Below are positions 9,558 to 20,381 of a DNA stretch of 47,991 nt, piece by piece; the first letter of the stretch is position 1; each line of letters opens with the position of its first letter. Source of the DNA: Craspedostauros australis. Lineage: Eukaryota. Below the pieces are notes generated by a model. It searched no databases and was not told where the DNA came from. It worked only from the letters and a program-made list of their open reading frames with translations. The stretch is from NCBI GenBank assembly GCA_030167865.1, contig JALAGF010005289.1:1-47991 (forward strand). Direction: 5' to 3'. Position numbers and translations under genes: made by a program.

Positions 9558-10973
9558 CTACTCCAACGTCCGCAGATACTGCTTGGCGGTTTCGTAGGTC
9601 GTCCACGAAATGGCAACGGCAGGCGTGTGCGACAGAACACGAGGCGTCATGCCGCGGAAGAATCCCGCGAGACCTTCGTTGAGATAAATGCGTCGCGCCG
9701 CCTGCTGCCATCCCGTGACGAGCGGCGTGGAGGATTTCATGGGACATGCCTCCGGTGGCACGCCGATGGAGCAGACGGGTGACAGCTGCTGCGTTTGCAG
9801 GAAGGTCTTGATGCGGTCCAGCGGCGTCGTCGTTGCGGCGGCCGTGAAGCCTGCGACGGCCGAGGCGCCCATCGTGACGGGCAGCGTGAGGGGTTTGGGG
9901 TGGCCGTCGGAGTTCGTCCATTGCTGCTTCAAGAATTCGTTGGTGCCGACCATGACCATTCCGTACGGGACGTTGGTGGCGAACGTGACAGGGAAACTGC
10001 GGAAGAGACTGGACCAGCCTTCGTTCTGCACCATGGTTTGCAGGGCATGCGACAAGCCGCGGTAATGGCCAAGCTGCAATCGCTGCTTGACGGTGTCCAG
10101 CGGAGCGAGGATGACATCATGCCCCAAGGTGGCTGCGGCACCAGCCAGAGCGGAACCGTAGGCGGTGGCCTCATGCGTCTTTGGGTCCAACGTGGCTGCC
10201 TTGACGACCTCGTAGGCTGAGAAGTAGAGGGCGTGCGCCGGAATGCATCCGATGAGGATGGTCTGCACGCCACGCCACAGCCTCCGGATGCCCATGATCT
10301 GCTGGTGCACCGATGCAGCAACTTCAGCCGACGCCGCTCTGGCCGCGGTGGATGTCGATGTCGCGGTGGCGGAAGAGGCGTTGTCCACGATGATGGGCTG
10401 GCTGACGAGGTACCTCATCGTCTGCCACATGCCGTAGTTGGCCATGGGGTGGTGACGACCGCTGGCTGCCGCATTGGAGGCCGCCCTGGCCACCGAGGAT
10501 CCCCCACCGCTGGCTGCTGACGCCTTGGAGACGGCAGTTTGGCACTCCTGCTTGATGGCCGACGACGAGGCGACCGAAACGTTTGGCTTTCCCGGAATGG
10601 AGTGATCGACGCAGGCGGCACATACCTGGATGTGCGTTCGGACAGTGTCCAGCGGGTACACCATGACGTGCTCAGCCACGCCAGCCAAGCTGCCGGCGAT
10701 GCAATGATGAAGGAAGGGAGAATTCCCATCCCACTCTTCCCATTCCTCGTCGAAATCTTCCTCCTGAAGCGCCTGCGCCTCCATGGCCGGAGTTGTTCCA
10801 GCAGAAGCAGGCATCGGTTGCGGAGTCGAGGCGGACGCAGAGGCGGCCATCACTTGCTGATGATGAGGTTCTGGGTGTTGCGGTTGCAGTCGCTGTTGCT
10901 GCTGCGGTTGTTGTTGCACTGGTCGTTCCAGTTGTTGCTGTTGTTGCTGCAGATGTTGCTGTGATGGATGCAT
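9558..10973 (-). CDS. Mitochondrial carrier family protein, mitoferrin (MRS3/4, SLC25A37/28)-like iron importer
   Basis: Three Px[DE]xx[KR] signatures (PLDTVRT, PLDTVKQ, PLDRIKT). Mitoferrin-type 'AGVAEH', 'IPAHALYF', 'GHD' and 'NVPY' motifs; polyQ N-terminus. Confidence 0.9.
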   Translation of the reverse strand: MHPSQQHLQQQQQQLERPVQQQPQQQQRLQPQHPEPHHQQVMAASASASTPQPMPASAGTTPAMEAQALQEEDFDEEWEEWDGNSPFLHHCIAGSLAGVAEHVMVYPLDTVRTHIQVCAACVDHSIPGKPNVSVASSSAIKQECQTAVSKASAASGGGSSVARAASNAAASGRHHPMANYGMWQTMRYLVSQPIIVDNASSATATSTSTAARAASAEVAASVHQQIMGIRRLWRGVQTILIGCIPAHALYFSAYEVVKAATLDPKTHEATAYGSALAGAAATLGHDVILAPLDTVKQRLQLGHYRGLSHALQTMVQNEGWSSLFRSFPVTFATNVPYGMVMVGTNEFLKQQWTNSDGHPKPLTLPVTMGASAVAGFTAAATTTPLDRIKTFLQTQQLSPVCSIGVPPEACPMKSSTPLVTGWQQAARRIYLNEGLAGFFRGMTPRVLSHTPAVAISWTTYETAKQYLRTLE

Positions 10974-11272
10974 GTTGCTATTGGTATTGCTGTTGGTATT
11001 GCTTTCACTTTTGTGTGGTTGTTGTCAATGCGAATGTGATGACGAAAGACGAGAAAGAAGCTTTGGTGCGCCTATCTGCACGATCGAGTCTAATCCAATT
11101 CAATCCAATCCAATCTGTTGGTTCGGTTTGCACTTCTTGTCAAATGGAACGCAACCTGGATCGCGCCAATTGAACTTCGAGGCAGTTGCGATGGGGAGAA
11201 ACAAAAGGTTCTGCGATCAAGACAGAGTGTTTTCTCTTTCTCGTTTGCTGCAGCCAATGGATCTACCGCCCT

Positions 11273-11364
11273 CTTGCCCTTGCCCTTGCTTTGGTCTTGG
11301 CTTTGGCTTTGGCCTTGGCTTTGGTCTTGCCCTTGCCCTTGCCCTGGCTTTGGCTTTGGTCTTG
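11273..11364. repeat. Degenerate hexanucleotide tandem repeat (TTGCCC/TTGGCT/TTGGTC), about 15 units
   Basis: Directly visible upstream of the mitoferrin start; it explains the spurious AKAKAK and LALALA ORFs. Confidence 0.85.
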
Positions 11365-12175
11365 ACTCTCGATGTTTCTTGCTGCTGCTCTGTTCAAAGC
11401 TTGTGCTTGTCGGTTGCTTTGGTCACGATTAATGGCGATGGCGATGATGATGACGATGATGATGACGATACTACACTGTTGTTCTCTTTCTGTCGGAGTT
11501 ACCGTTGCATTCATTTGTGATCAAAGACAAGTGGAAGAGCCTGTTCCTTCTCCTTCATCCGTTCATCCATCAATCCATCAATCAACCCTCCAATTCATCC
11601 ATCGGTTGGCGCGGAAAGGTGAGGACAAGAAGAAACAGAGGGGCACGATCAAGAACACCTCCGAAGGAGAGCGCAGCCCTTGTGGACCTTCGCCGCTCGC
11701 GCACCGCGCAAATTCGGGGTTCGGAGATTGGAGTCAAACAGAAGGCCGCAAATTCACCGATGGTGGCCAAACATGCCGTGCGAGGGCAGAACGTGACGCC
11801 AAGTGCTTCGATTTTGTTCTTGTCGTTGCACATGCGACGTATGGTCGGACAGACGAGCATAGTAGTCGATCGAGTCAGCTGGCCAAGTTAGACCGAATTC
11901 TACCCAAACCTCTCCAAATTCATCAGATTGCTATTCGCCACACTTGTGAGACAGTGGTGCCATGCTGCTCAACTCGTACACGTTGTAGGTACTGCAACCG
12001 GTGATCAACCTCAAATCGGCCTATTGGCATTCTATCCCAACGCCAAGATCGCTCTTCTTCCAATCCAATGACGGCTGGAGCTTATTACTCCGCAGAGTCC
12101 TCGTATTCGTACACTGTCGAATACTGTATTCACTCCTCCCGACGTGTTCCGCCATACGAATAGATCGGTGCAAGT

Positions 12176-14849
12176 TTAGTATTCCTTTTCTTTGTCCAGA
12201 CCTGATCCAACCCCACCCATTCGCCAGGGCCAACTTGCGATGATCTCCATCGCGCAGCAGGCGTGCAAACCAAGAACAAGCCGAAATCCCATGCCGCGTT
12301 GCAGAAGGAATGGTGCGACAAGGATCGGTATCAGCATGGTCAGTATCTTCGCCGCGGTGGTTCTTCTGCTAGAATCGCTCGCCTTTGTCATCGACGTGGT
12401 GTCGGTCACTGCATTTCGTCGAACTTGCGGCAGTATGCAGCACACCATGGACGGAACACATTGATGCAGTGTTGAGACCCAGAGATCCATTGGAATGAAG
12501 GCGGCGCTGCTGCCATCGTTCTTCCCGTAGGCCAAAGTGACGGCAACCTTGCCGGCCAAAAGGCACGGCCCGATGATCACCATCATGCTGGCGAGCGTTG
12601 CTGTCGAAGACAGCTGCGGGATGCGCGCAATTCGTTGCTGCTTCTCGGTCCGGTCGTCATCCTTGGGTGGCTGCCTATCTATCACTGATGGCGCCGGCGA
12701 ATCTGCCGACGAACAAGCCGTGGCGATGAACGGGAACAGCACCAAGAAGATGCACCAGCAGATCAACCAAAACGACGTCGCCAAGTTGACGGATTGCAGA
12801 TGCTTCTCCTTGACGAATCGCCGAAGACAGTGGACGACTGTCTGCCAAATTGTAATGCTGGTTGCGCCACACACGCATACTTGCACCAGTATCCTGCCAT
12901 GCCACCGTCCGCATCTGCTCTGTATCAGGATGGACACGGCAGCTTGGATCAGGAACGCAATTGTGTTGGCCACGAAGATCCAAATGGAGATGACCTCCCA
13001 ACGCACATCGATGAAAACGCGCGCAACTCCAAAGACTGCGATGATTCGCATTGCATGCCTCGTCCATATTGACGCATCATGTGGCTCGACGACGAAGCTG
13101 AGCGATCGATGGAAGATCAGAATCATCGTGTAGATAGCGACCAGGATCGGCAGATTGTATAGCATTGCGGAGTACATCGCCACCGTCTTCATTCTTCCAA
13201 ACGTCTGTTGCATGCGACCGTCATACTTGAAAGTGTCTGCAGTCAGCTCCTGTCGTGGGTTCTTGAACTGCTGCTGTTTGAAGCCAATCAAGCGCAGAAT
13301 GCGAGCTTGTCGCTCCGTTGAGGAAAGCTTCGCCTTTCTACCAACCACATCCAGCTCCCAAATCATGGATCGAACAAGATCAAGAAGGCTGTGGCACCAG
13401 ACTATCGCTCGATGATCTATCCCCAGACTGCCCCTCTCGGTCAAGTCGGTTGCATGCAGCGACATGAAGTGTGATGCTTTCGACGACGACGACGCCATCG
13501 TTTGGGATGATTTGCCTGCTGCGCCAACAGATATTGAAGGCACCACGCAAGCCTCATGGCGAATCATTTCATCTCGCACCCCGCCGCCAATAGACACAAT
13601 GAACCCATCATCAGACGCATCTTGGTTTGCTTGTGACGATGATATTTTCATTGGAGTTGACATCTGTCGGAAGATGTTGTAAATCGTGGCATCAAAGGCG
13701 TAGAGCGGATTGGAATGTGGCGTCGCCAATGTGATGATGTCGTTGATGTAACCCCGAAGATCGGGGTGCGTATGATACATGTGCCGAGCAACAAATCCAC
13801 CCATGGAGTGCGCAACGATGGAGACAGTTGACACCTTGCATGTAGCCTGCAAAGAAACAAAGGATATGGAGGAAAGACAAACGAAGGGTGAGAACATACA
13901 TGCAGTTGCCCAATGAAACGGACGATCGTAGTTTCCCACAGCACATGGATAAGGCCGAAATGATACCTCAACAACAGCATTGACGTACGACGAGATGGCG
14001 GACGGATGCGGCCACGAAGTTGCTTTGTGCCTCGAAGAACTCGCCGTGCAACGCGCTGCCTTGTTCATGAAAATCGGCCGCGTACACTTCGTACACAAAA
14101 TCGTCTTCGTCGGTTGCATTGCCGCTGGTTGCGCTGCTTGTTCGAAGCATCTTGAGAACGTCCGTGACACTGACGGACCTTCCGGTCATACGATCTCCAT
14201 GAGCCCCCAGCGACCGTGCTTGATCATGCGATCCCCAGTGGCCTGGAATGAACATCACGATATGGCCAGAAGAGCGCGGCAACGGTTCCATCTCTCCAGT
14301 GGTTTCATTTTCCACGAACCCGGCGCACCATGCATCCGCATCAGCGGATTGCAACAGCTTCTGATTGCGTATGATCGAGTATCTCGGATTGCGGTGATCT
14401 ATGAACTTGAAGAGCCGGTACTGCTGCGCGAGCGGCGAGTCTGACCAGCTCGGTTTATGGTCGATAGATCCTTTCGGAGAATGTGCCGGTATCGTTGTGC
14501 TCATATCCACCTCCAGAAACCGAAACCTCGAGTAGGTCATGTCACATTCCTCGCCTGTGTGGAACCCCATTCTCCAAACGAATCCAAAGATGAAGCATGC
14601 CACGGCCGCAACGTGCAGAAGCACGATCGATAGCTTCATGAGTGAGTTCCATCTCAGCGCATTCCATCGTTGCGATGATCCAGGTGCTTGCACCTGGCGG
14701 CTTGGCAGCGGGCTTTGGTCACCATGGCGCGTTGCGGTGGTCGTGCGCAAGGAATCGGAGGGCATGGAGCGAGCAGGCGTTGTCATTGATGATGATGGAG
14801 GCGTCGGCGACGTTGACAGCGATGGAGCGGACGCTTCCGTGGTATCCAT
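12176..14849 (-). CDS. PGAP1: GPI inositol-deacylase PGAP1/Bst1-like alpha/beta hydrolase (2 exons)
   Basis: Exons 14849-13989 and 13846-12176, joined by a phase-0 intron 13988-13847 (GTACGT…TTTGCAG) that gives RHLV|ATCK. Motifs: N-terminal TM then 'ECDMTY', 'FIPGHWGSHDQARSL', nucleophile 'VAHSMGG', 'ITLATPH', 'SIGGGVRD', 'DHRAIVWC', and several C-terminal TMs. Confidence 0.9.
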
Positions 14850-15508
14850 CTGTCTCACTCTCTTCGCTCACTCCTCACATCCACGCCGTGCTTGCTGTTG
14901 GATATATCGATGACGAGTCCTTTGGATTATGTATGGTCCCCTCCAGGCGCTCTTCTCGTGTACGACTACGAGCTGAGAGTGGACACGCATGTGGTGCGAC
15001 GCATCCGTTTGTTCTTTGGCTCTTTTGTGGATGGCAAACTGTTGGGCGCAGTTCGCGGCTCGTCACGTTGTGTCGAATCGTGCATCGCGGATTGGCGTTT
15101 CCGTGCTCGTAGACTGTCCGCACAAAAATAGTTGCAAGTAATCAGACCACGGTTTTGTCTGCTCGCTTTTGCCGTTTGGTTGTGATCGATCGACCGCTTC
15201 GATTAAAAAATTATGAGCAGCTGACTCAACCGAATACCACATCACGAGAAATGATACGGCAGCAACAACAGCACCAACAAGCACGACGACAAGACAAGAA
15301 GCAAACCGCGAGGAAACCGCGAGACAACCACGAAGGCGGTGCCGACCATGGCGAGAACGAAACGCCAGGACCGACGCTGAACCGCCCTCCGCTACTCTCA
15401 GCTCGAGCACGCTACCAGCACGCCACGTCCATCGTCAGCATCCCTGAGGAAGCAAGAGGAGACATCGACCGACAGCAGGAGGATAACAACGCAAGACCAC
15501 ACAGGAGA

Positions 15509-16596
15509 ATGATTTCGAGATTCGCGCAGTTCGCCGCCAGACGGGCACTGGTCCGACCATCCGTCAGCCGGCCAGCAGTGTCGTTCTTCTCCACAGAAGA
15601 GACTCCTGTTCCTGGTTTCGGAAAGGGCAAGACGTCGACTGGAATTGTACGTTTATCATGACTTGCGTTCGCGTGAAGAAGCAAGACTGTTGAGCTGGGT
15701 GGATGGACCATTGGATCGGTGCATGCCGTGTCATGTGAAGTGACGGAGGTACCTCGCTGCGATTTGAGCCTGAGTGCAAACAAATGGTGCAGTGCGGTAC
15801 TACTCTCGTATCATCATCGTCGTTATCGTCATCAGCATGCTATCTGCACTGGGGGCTTGGGTATTGGATCGTTGCGCCGTTGGGACGTTAGGTTGTTGGC
15901 AACTGTGCTCATTCTTGGCTGTACCGATGATGACGATGATGATGAGACACTATCTGTGGACTGGGCTGGACTGGACTGCAGTACTCTGCTCTACTCTCTC
16001 TCTCTAGTCAATACCAACATCTTCACCAATCGTTTCTCCTCTAACTTGATTGCGTCTCTTCTACACTGCACCCGAATATTCATTGTGCACTGTCCGTGCA
16101 TCATCTATGTGTATCGAATACGATGCGGCGCTCCATCATATCATACACGCTGCATACGCGACTTGCATGACTTGCGCCGCTGGCCTCTTCGTGACAACAA
16201 CAGGTCGGCCTCCCCGTCGACCCGGACGCCGTCTCAAAGATCGTCGTCAAGTACCAGGAACTGCTGGACAAGATGGCGGCCAGCGACATGCCGGAGACCG
16301 CGCAGTACAGAATGGATCTTGAAAAGATCGCGAGATTCCGAATCAAGATTGCCATGGAGAATCCGGACGATCCGGATCTGGTGGAGGATCTGGTGCAGTG
16401 CGGGCAGGTCGAGGAGCTCGTGAAGCAAGCGGATGATGAAATGGAGGTCCTGGACATGTACCTGTCAACCCGCATGTGGGAGCTTGTGGCCTCGGAGGAT
16501 GACGCGGACGATTTTGAGGTGGAGCACGATCCCGACCCGGCGGATGACCAGAAAGGAATGGACAATGACGATGCTGCCGCTGCTCCGGAGAAGTAA
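15509..16596 (+). CDS. NDUFA5: Mitochondrial complex I subunit NDUFA5 (B13), 2 exons, about 176 aa
   Basis: Exons 15509-15646 and 16204-16596; phase-0 intron 15647-16203 (GTACGT…CAG). The join gives KTSTGI|VGLPVDP…Y..LL..M…P….YR…[14 protein letters not shown], the NDUFA5 pattern. Arg-rich presequence [17 protein letters not shown]. Confidence 0.92.
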
Positions 16597-17333
16597 AAGG
16601 CAGTTGCCGATCAGACAGGAAAGCAGGCAGACGGACGGACGCACAAGCAGCGCAATGTTGGCACTGTACGCTGCTGGTATAGCTGCCGCTGTCGCTATCG
16701 CTGCAACAGGTAACAAAACGAAATTAGCAAGCATCTCCATTCATTATTCAGTTCTTCGGATCTCAACCATGCTTCAGGTCGCAATCAAATTTGCAGCGCA
16801 CCGTTGGCCTGGTAGAAGCTGCCACTGACCATCCCGGACCTTACTCAAGTCACGATGTCCATGGAGACCACGTTGTGCCAAGCAGGATGGCATAGTGCAC
16901 ACCCTTCGCCTTGAATGCTGCTGCCTCCTGCTTTCGATGCCAATGTCAGAAGCATGCAACTATCATACCAGTACGACTAGGTCGTACCATACACATGCAG
17001 TGACGCCCACGTCCGCACCTCTCAGCATCGTCGTACATGCGACACATTAACAGTCTCCGACAATCCCTGCGAGTACAAGGACTGTGTTGCATGCAAGTGA
17101 TAGTCCTAGTATCTATGAATGTATCCGTAGCGTGTTGCAAAAGGTTCCAAGTCTTGCCACAGGTTCACGACATTGCTGGCTGGCAGGTTCAATGCCCGGG
17201 CCACGCTGTCGTTTCAAAATTCAAATGTATTAGAGTGGAGCGTCTATGGTACTTCACCATTCCGCTCTTGGGATGCCGAGCTCCACAACGAGCTGGCTGC
17301 CACAAACTGCAGCTCTCTCGCGACGTTGCCGTC

Positions 17334-20300
17334 CTATTCGGTTCCATTGATCAGGTCCGGAGCAAGCCGGTTAAGCATGAACAAGGCGTCGATGGGTGCG
17401 TCCGCGAGCATGGCCAGGTGCAGGGGCAACCTGCCGCGATTGTCCTTCACGTAGATGGCACCAGAGAACGAATCCAACAACGCCTGCAGATTCTCAACGA
17501 AGCCGACGTTGCCGGCAAAACTGGGAGCTCTGCCGGCGAACGTATTGACGTACGCGCTGATGGATGTTTCCGGGCCGTTCCAGAATTCCAACGCGTAGTG
17601 CAAGGGGAGCCTCCCGGAAGTATCCTGCACCTTGGTGCCCTCGGGATGGATCGTCACCAGCTTTTGGAACACGGTGGTTGGGATGGTGGAGATGTGCGCC
17701 GCCGCGCGATGCAGCGGCAACCTTCCGAGATGGTCCGTCATGCGCAGCGTCTGCGGACTCCTGGACATGAGAAGGACGACCAGGTCCTTCTGCCATTGCG
17801 CCCACTTGGAGGTGGAAGGATCCGTGTGGCTGCCAACGCCACGGCGGCGCTTGGCCCGCCACACGGCCCTGTCCGTGGAGGGCAGCAGCGCATGGTGCAG
17901 AGGGAGCTTCTCGTCATGATCGAACTCCTCCAATGCCTGCGGGCATGCGTCGACGAGCATCTGGATGATGCCCATGCGCATCTCCTCGCTGACTGCGCGA
18001 TGCAACGGCAGCTGCCCGTACCGATCGGGCGTCATGAGCGCTCTCTGTCCGGACCGGCTGATCAGCAGCTGTATGTGATCCAGGCTGTGCCCGCTGTCGG
18101 GTAGGAGATGCAGCGGCAGCCGGCCCTCGGCGTCAGTCGCCAGCAAGGTCTCCGGAGCATGGTTGATCATGTTCTCCAGGACCCGGACGGATGCGAGACG
18201 CACGATGGCCCTGTGGATGGGCAACCGCCCGCTGCTGTCCTGCGTCGTCAGCAGCTGCGGGTACCGCTCGGAGAGCAGATCGACAGCATCGACGGAGACG
18301 GAGCTGGGCAGATGGTGCAGGATGAGGTTGCCGCCGTTCTCGGACGTCTCGAAGATGCTGGAGGGCGTCTTGTCGAGGATCATCTGAAAGATGAAGGCGG
18401 CGGTGGAACCTTCGATGGCGCAGCGCAGGGGGATGCGGCATCGGAAGTCGGCCACGGCGAAGCCCCACGGCGGCGTGCGCTGCACCAGGAGACAGAGGAT
18501 GTCAGTGCTGGTGCGGAAGCAGATGGCGCAGTGCAGCGGCAGCTGCCCGACCTCGTCTTGCGCCAGCAGCGGATGCGCCACCTCATCGTCGTGCGTCATG
18601 GGGTCCTCCCGCAGCAGAGTCTCGTCGTCATCGCCCAGCAGCATGTCGACGAAGTTGGCCCTGGGCCTGGCATGTCGCCTCTGCACGGCCAGATGCACCG
18701 GCAGACAGCCTTGGTTGTCCTTGGACCTTCGCATCGATATCCGCTGTTCCGGCGACGCGATGTCGAAGAGGTACTTCAACACCGCCGTGTTGACCTGGAA
18801 CAACGCGGCCGTGTGCAAGGGGAGATGGCCTTCGCTCGTGTAGACGTCCAGGATCTTCTGCCGCTGTTCCGGTTGTCCGCGTTGGGTGGTCGCGCTGATG
18901 GTTGGTTCGCATAGATCCGCGACAGCGATGCCGCGTCTGACTTCGTCGATGCTGTTGGCCTGTCCCAGCAGCCGCTGGATGGTCGAGATCTGCACCCTGG
19001 GATCCTCCAGGGCGACGTGCAGAGGGGTGCGACCGCGATTATCCACCTCCAGCAGACACGCGGGGTCCGTCTTGTGCGCCATTTCTCGCAGCACGTCCGC
19101 CTGGATGCGGGAGATGAAGCGCAGGCAGTGGAGCGGCAGCCTTCCCTTGTTGTCCGTGGTCCTCCAAACGACGGTGGGCGAATGCTGGATCAGCACCTTG
19201 AGCAGCTTGTTCTTCCACGCGATGTCCGATGCGGAGTAGTCCAGCACCATGTGGATTGGGGTGCGTCCATGACGATCGGTCAGCACCAACACATTTGTTC
19301 CGAGCTTCTTTGGCGCGTTCGCGCTGATCGATGACGACGGCATTGGCGCCATTGATGTCGGCTGGCACACAATGGCTTTGTCATGTGAGAAGCTGAAGAT
19401 AGACGGGGTACTGCGATAGTTGTTCTCTGGGCTCCTGGGTTGCTTGACCGAAGGTGTCACCTGTGGTGTTGGTGTTGGCGTGACAGCGTTGCTCTTCTTC
19501 TGAGTTGATAAAACGACATCTGCCGAAGATCCGCTGTCGTTGATGTCGCGGAACTGCTCACTGCCCCACTCCAGCATGCGTTCGATGGTGGGCACGGATG
19601 CGAGCGCCTGGATCGAGGTGTGGATTGGAACGCGTCCCTCCTTGTCGGCGACGTAGAAGGCCTCCCGCTTGGATTCCTGCAGGAGGTACTCCGCAACCGG
19701 CAGGGGCGTCCAATGGCCGATCCAATGGATGGGAAGCTTGCCGTCGACGTCGCACTTGCTCAGCGCCTCGGGACAGCGCTGCGCGATCTTCCGGATGACG
19801 TCGAGCGAGGCACCGTGGATGATGGCCTCGTGCAGGGCAGATCGCTGCGTGTGGTTGACGTGCGTGAAGACCGCGTCGGGACAGCGCTCGATGGCCGCCA
19901 CGATGACGGCGTCTGTCGCCTTGTTCTGCAGCAGGCAGTGCAGCGGGTAGTCACCGTCCAGATCCAGCTGCAGGAGGCTGACGCAGGACGTGAGCTGCGC
20001 GATGAGGACGCCCACGTCGGGAGCCGTCGTGTTCTTGACATGCGAGAGGACGACGTTGCCGTGCGAGTTCTGCACTTCCATCGCCTCCGGTGCCTTCTCC
20101 AGCAGGAGCCTGACGACGTCGATGGTCGCCCCGTGCTTGATCGCATGTCGCAACGGAGTGCAGCCGCAGGAGTACTGCCTGAGAAGGTCGGATCTGCTCG
20201 CTCGGCGTATCTGCTCGAGGGTTGGCAATGTCGAGAACATGTCATCCAGGATGCGTCCGCGGGCGTTGCTGTTGTTGTCATTGCGCATGTCCAGGTGCCT

Positions 20301-20381
20301 GTGGTTGGCATGGCCGGTGCCGTTCCCCGCCGTGTCCAGGTCCATGCCCAGGTCCAAATCCATGTTGATATTCATGTCCAT
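17334..20381 (-). CDS. Ankyrin-repeat protein (about 21 repeats), 1015 aa
   Basis: Single long ORF with recurring D..G.[LT]P[LI]H.A motifs at roughly 33-37 aa spacing, and a Ser/Pro/Thr linker at aa ~280-360. Confidence 0.92.
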   Translation of the reverse strand: MDMNINMDLDLGMDLDTAGNGTGHANHRHLDMRNDNNSNARGRILDDMFSTLPTLEQIRRASRSDLLRQYSCGCTPLRHAIKHGATIDVVRLLLEKAPEAMEVQNSHGNVVLSHVKNTTAPDVGVLIAQLTSCVSLLQLDLDGDYPLHCLLQNKATDAVIVAAIERCPDAVFTHVNHTQRSALHEAIIHGASLDVIRKIAQRCPEALSKCDVDGKLPIHWIGHWTPLPVAEYLLQESKREAFYVADKEGRVPIHTSIQALASVPTIERMLEWGSEQFRDINDSGSSADVVLSTQKKSNAVTPTPTPQVTPSVKQPRSPENNYRSTPSIFSFSHDKAIVCQPTSMAPMPSSSISANAPKKLGTNVLVLTDRHGRTPIHMVLDYSASDIAWKNKLLKVLIQHSPTVVWRTTDNKGRLPLHCLRFISRIQADVLREMAHKTDPACLLEVDNRGRTPLHVALEDPRVQISTIQRLLGQANSIDEVRRGIAVADLCEPTISATTQRGQPEQRQKILDVYTSEGHLPLHTAALFQVNTAVLKYLFDIASPEQRISMRRSKDNQGCLPVHLAVQRRHARPRANFVDMLLGDDDETLLREDPMTHDDEVAHPLLAQDEVGQLPLHCAICFRTSTDILCLLVQRTPPWGFAVADFRCRIPLRCAIEGSTAAFIFQMILDKTPSSIFETSENGGNLILHHLPSSVSVDAVDLLSERYPQLLTTQDSSGRLPIHRAIVRLASVRVLENMINHAPETLLATDAEGRLPLHLLPDSGHSLDHIQLLISRSGQRALMTPDRYGQLPLHRAVSEEMRMGIIQMLVDACPQALEEFDHDEKLPLHHALLPSTDRAVWRAKRRRGVGSHTDPSTSKWAQWQKDLVVLLMSRSPQTLRMTDHLGRLPLHRAAAHISTIPTTVFQKLVTIHPEGTKVQDTSGRLPLHYALEFWNGPETSISAYVNTFAGRAPSFAGNVGFVENLQALLDSFSGAIYVKDNRGRLPLHLAMLADAPIDALFMLNRLAPDLINGTE

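Noticed and set aside
15720..15780. Possible C/D snoRNA in the NDUFA5 intron (CTGA present)
   Set aside because: No proper RTGATGA C box at a suitable distance.
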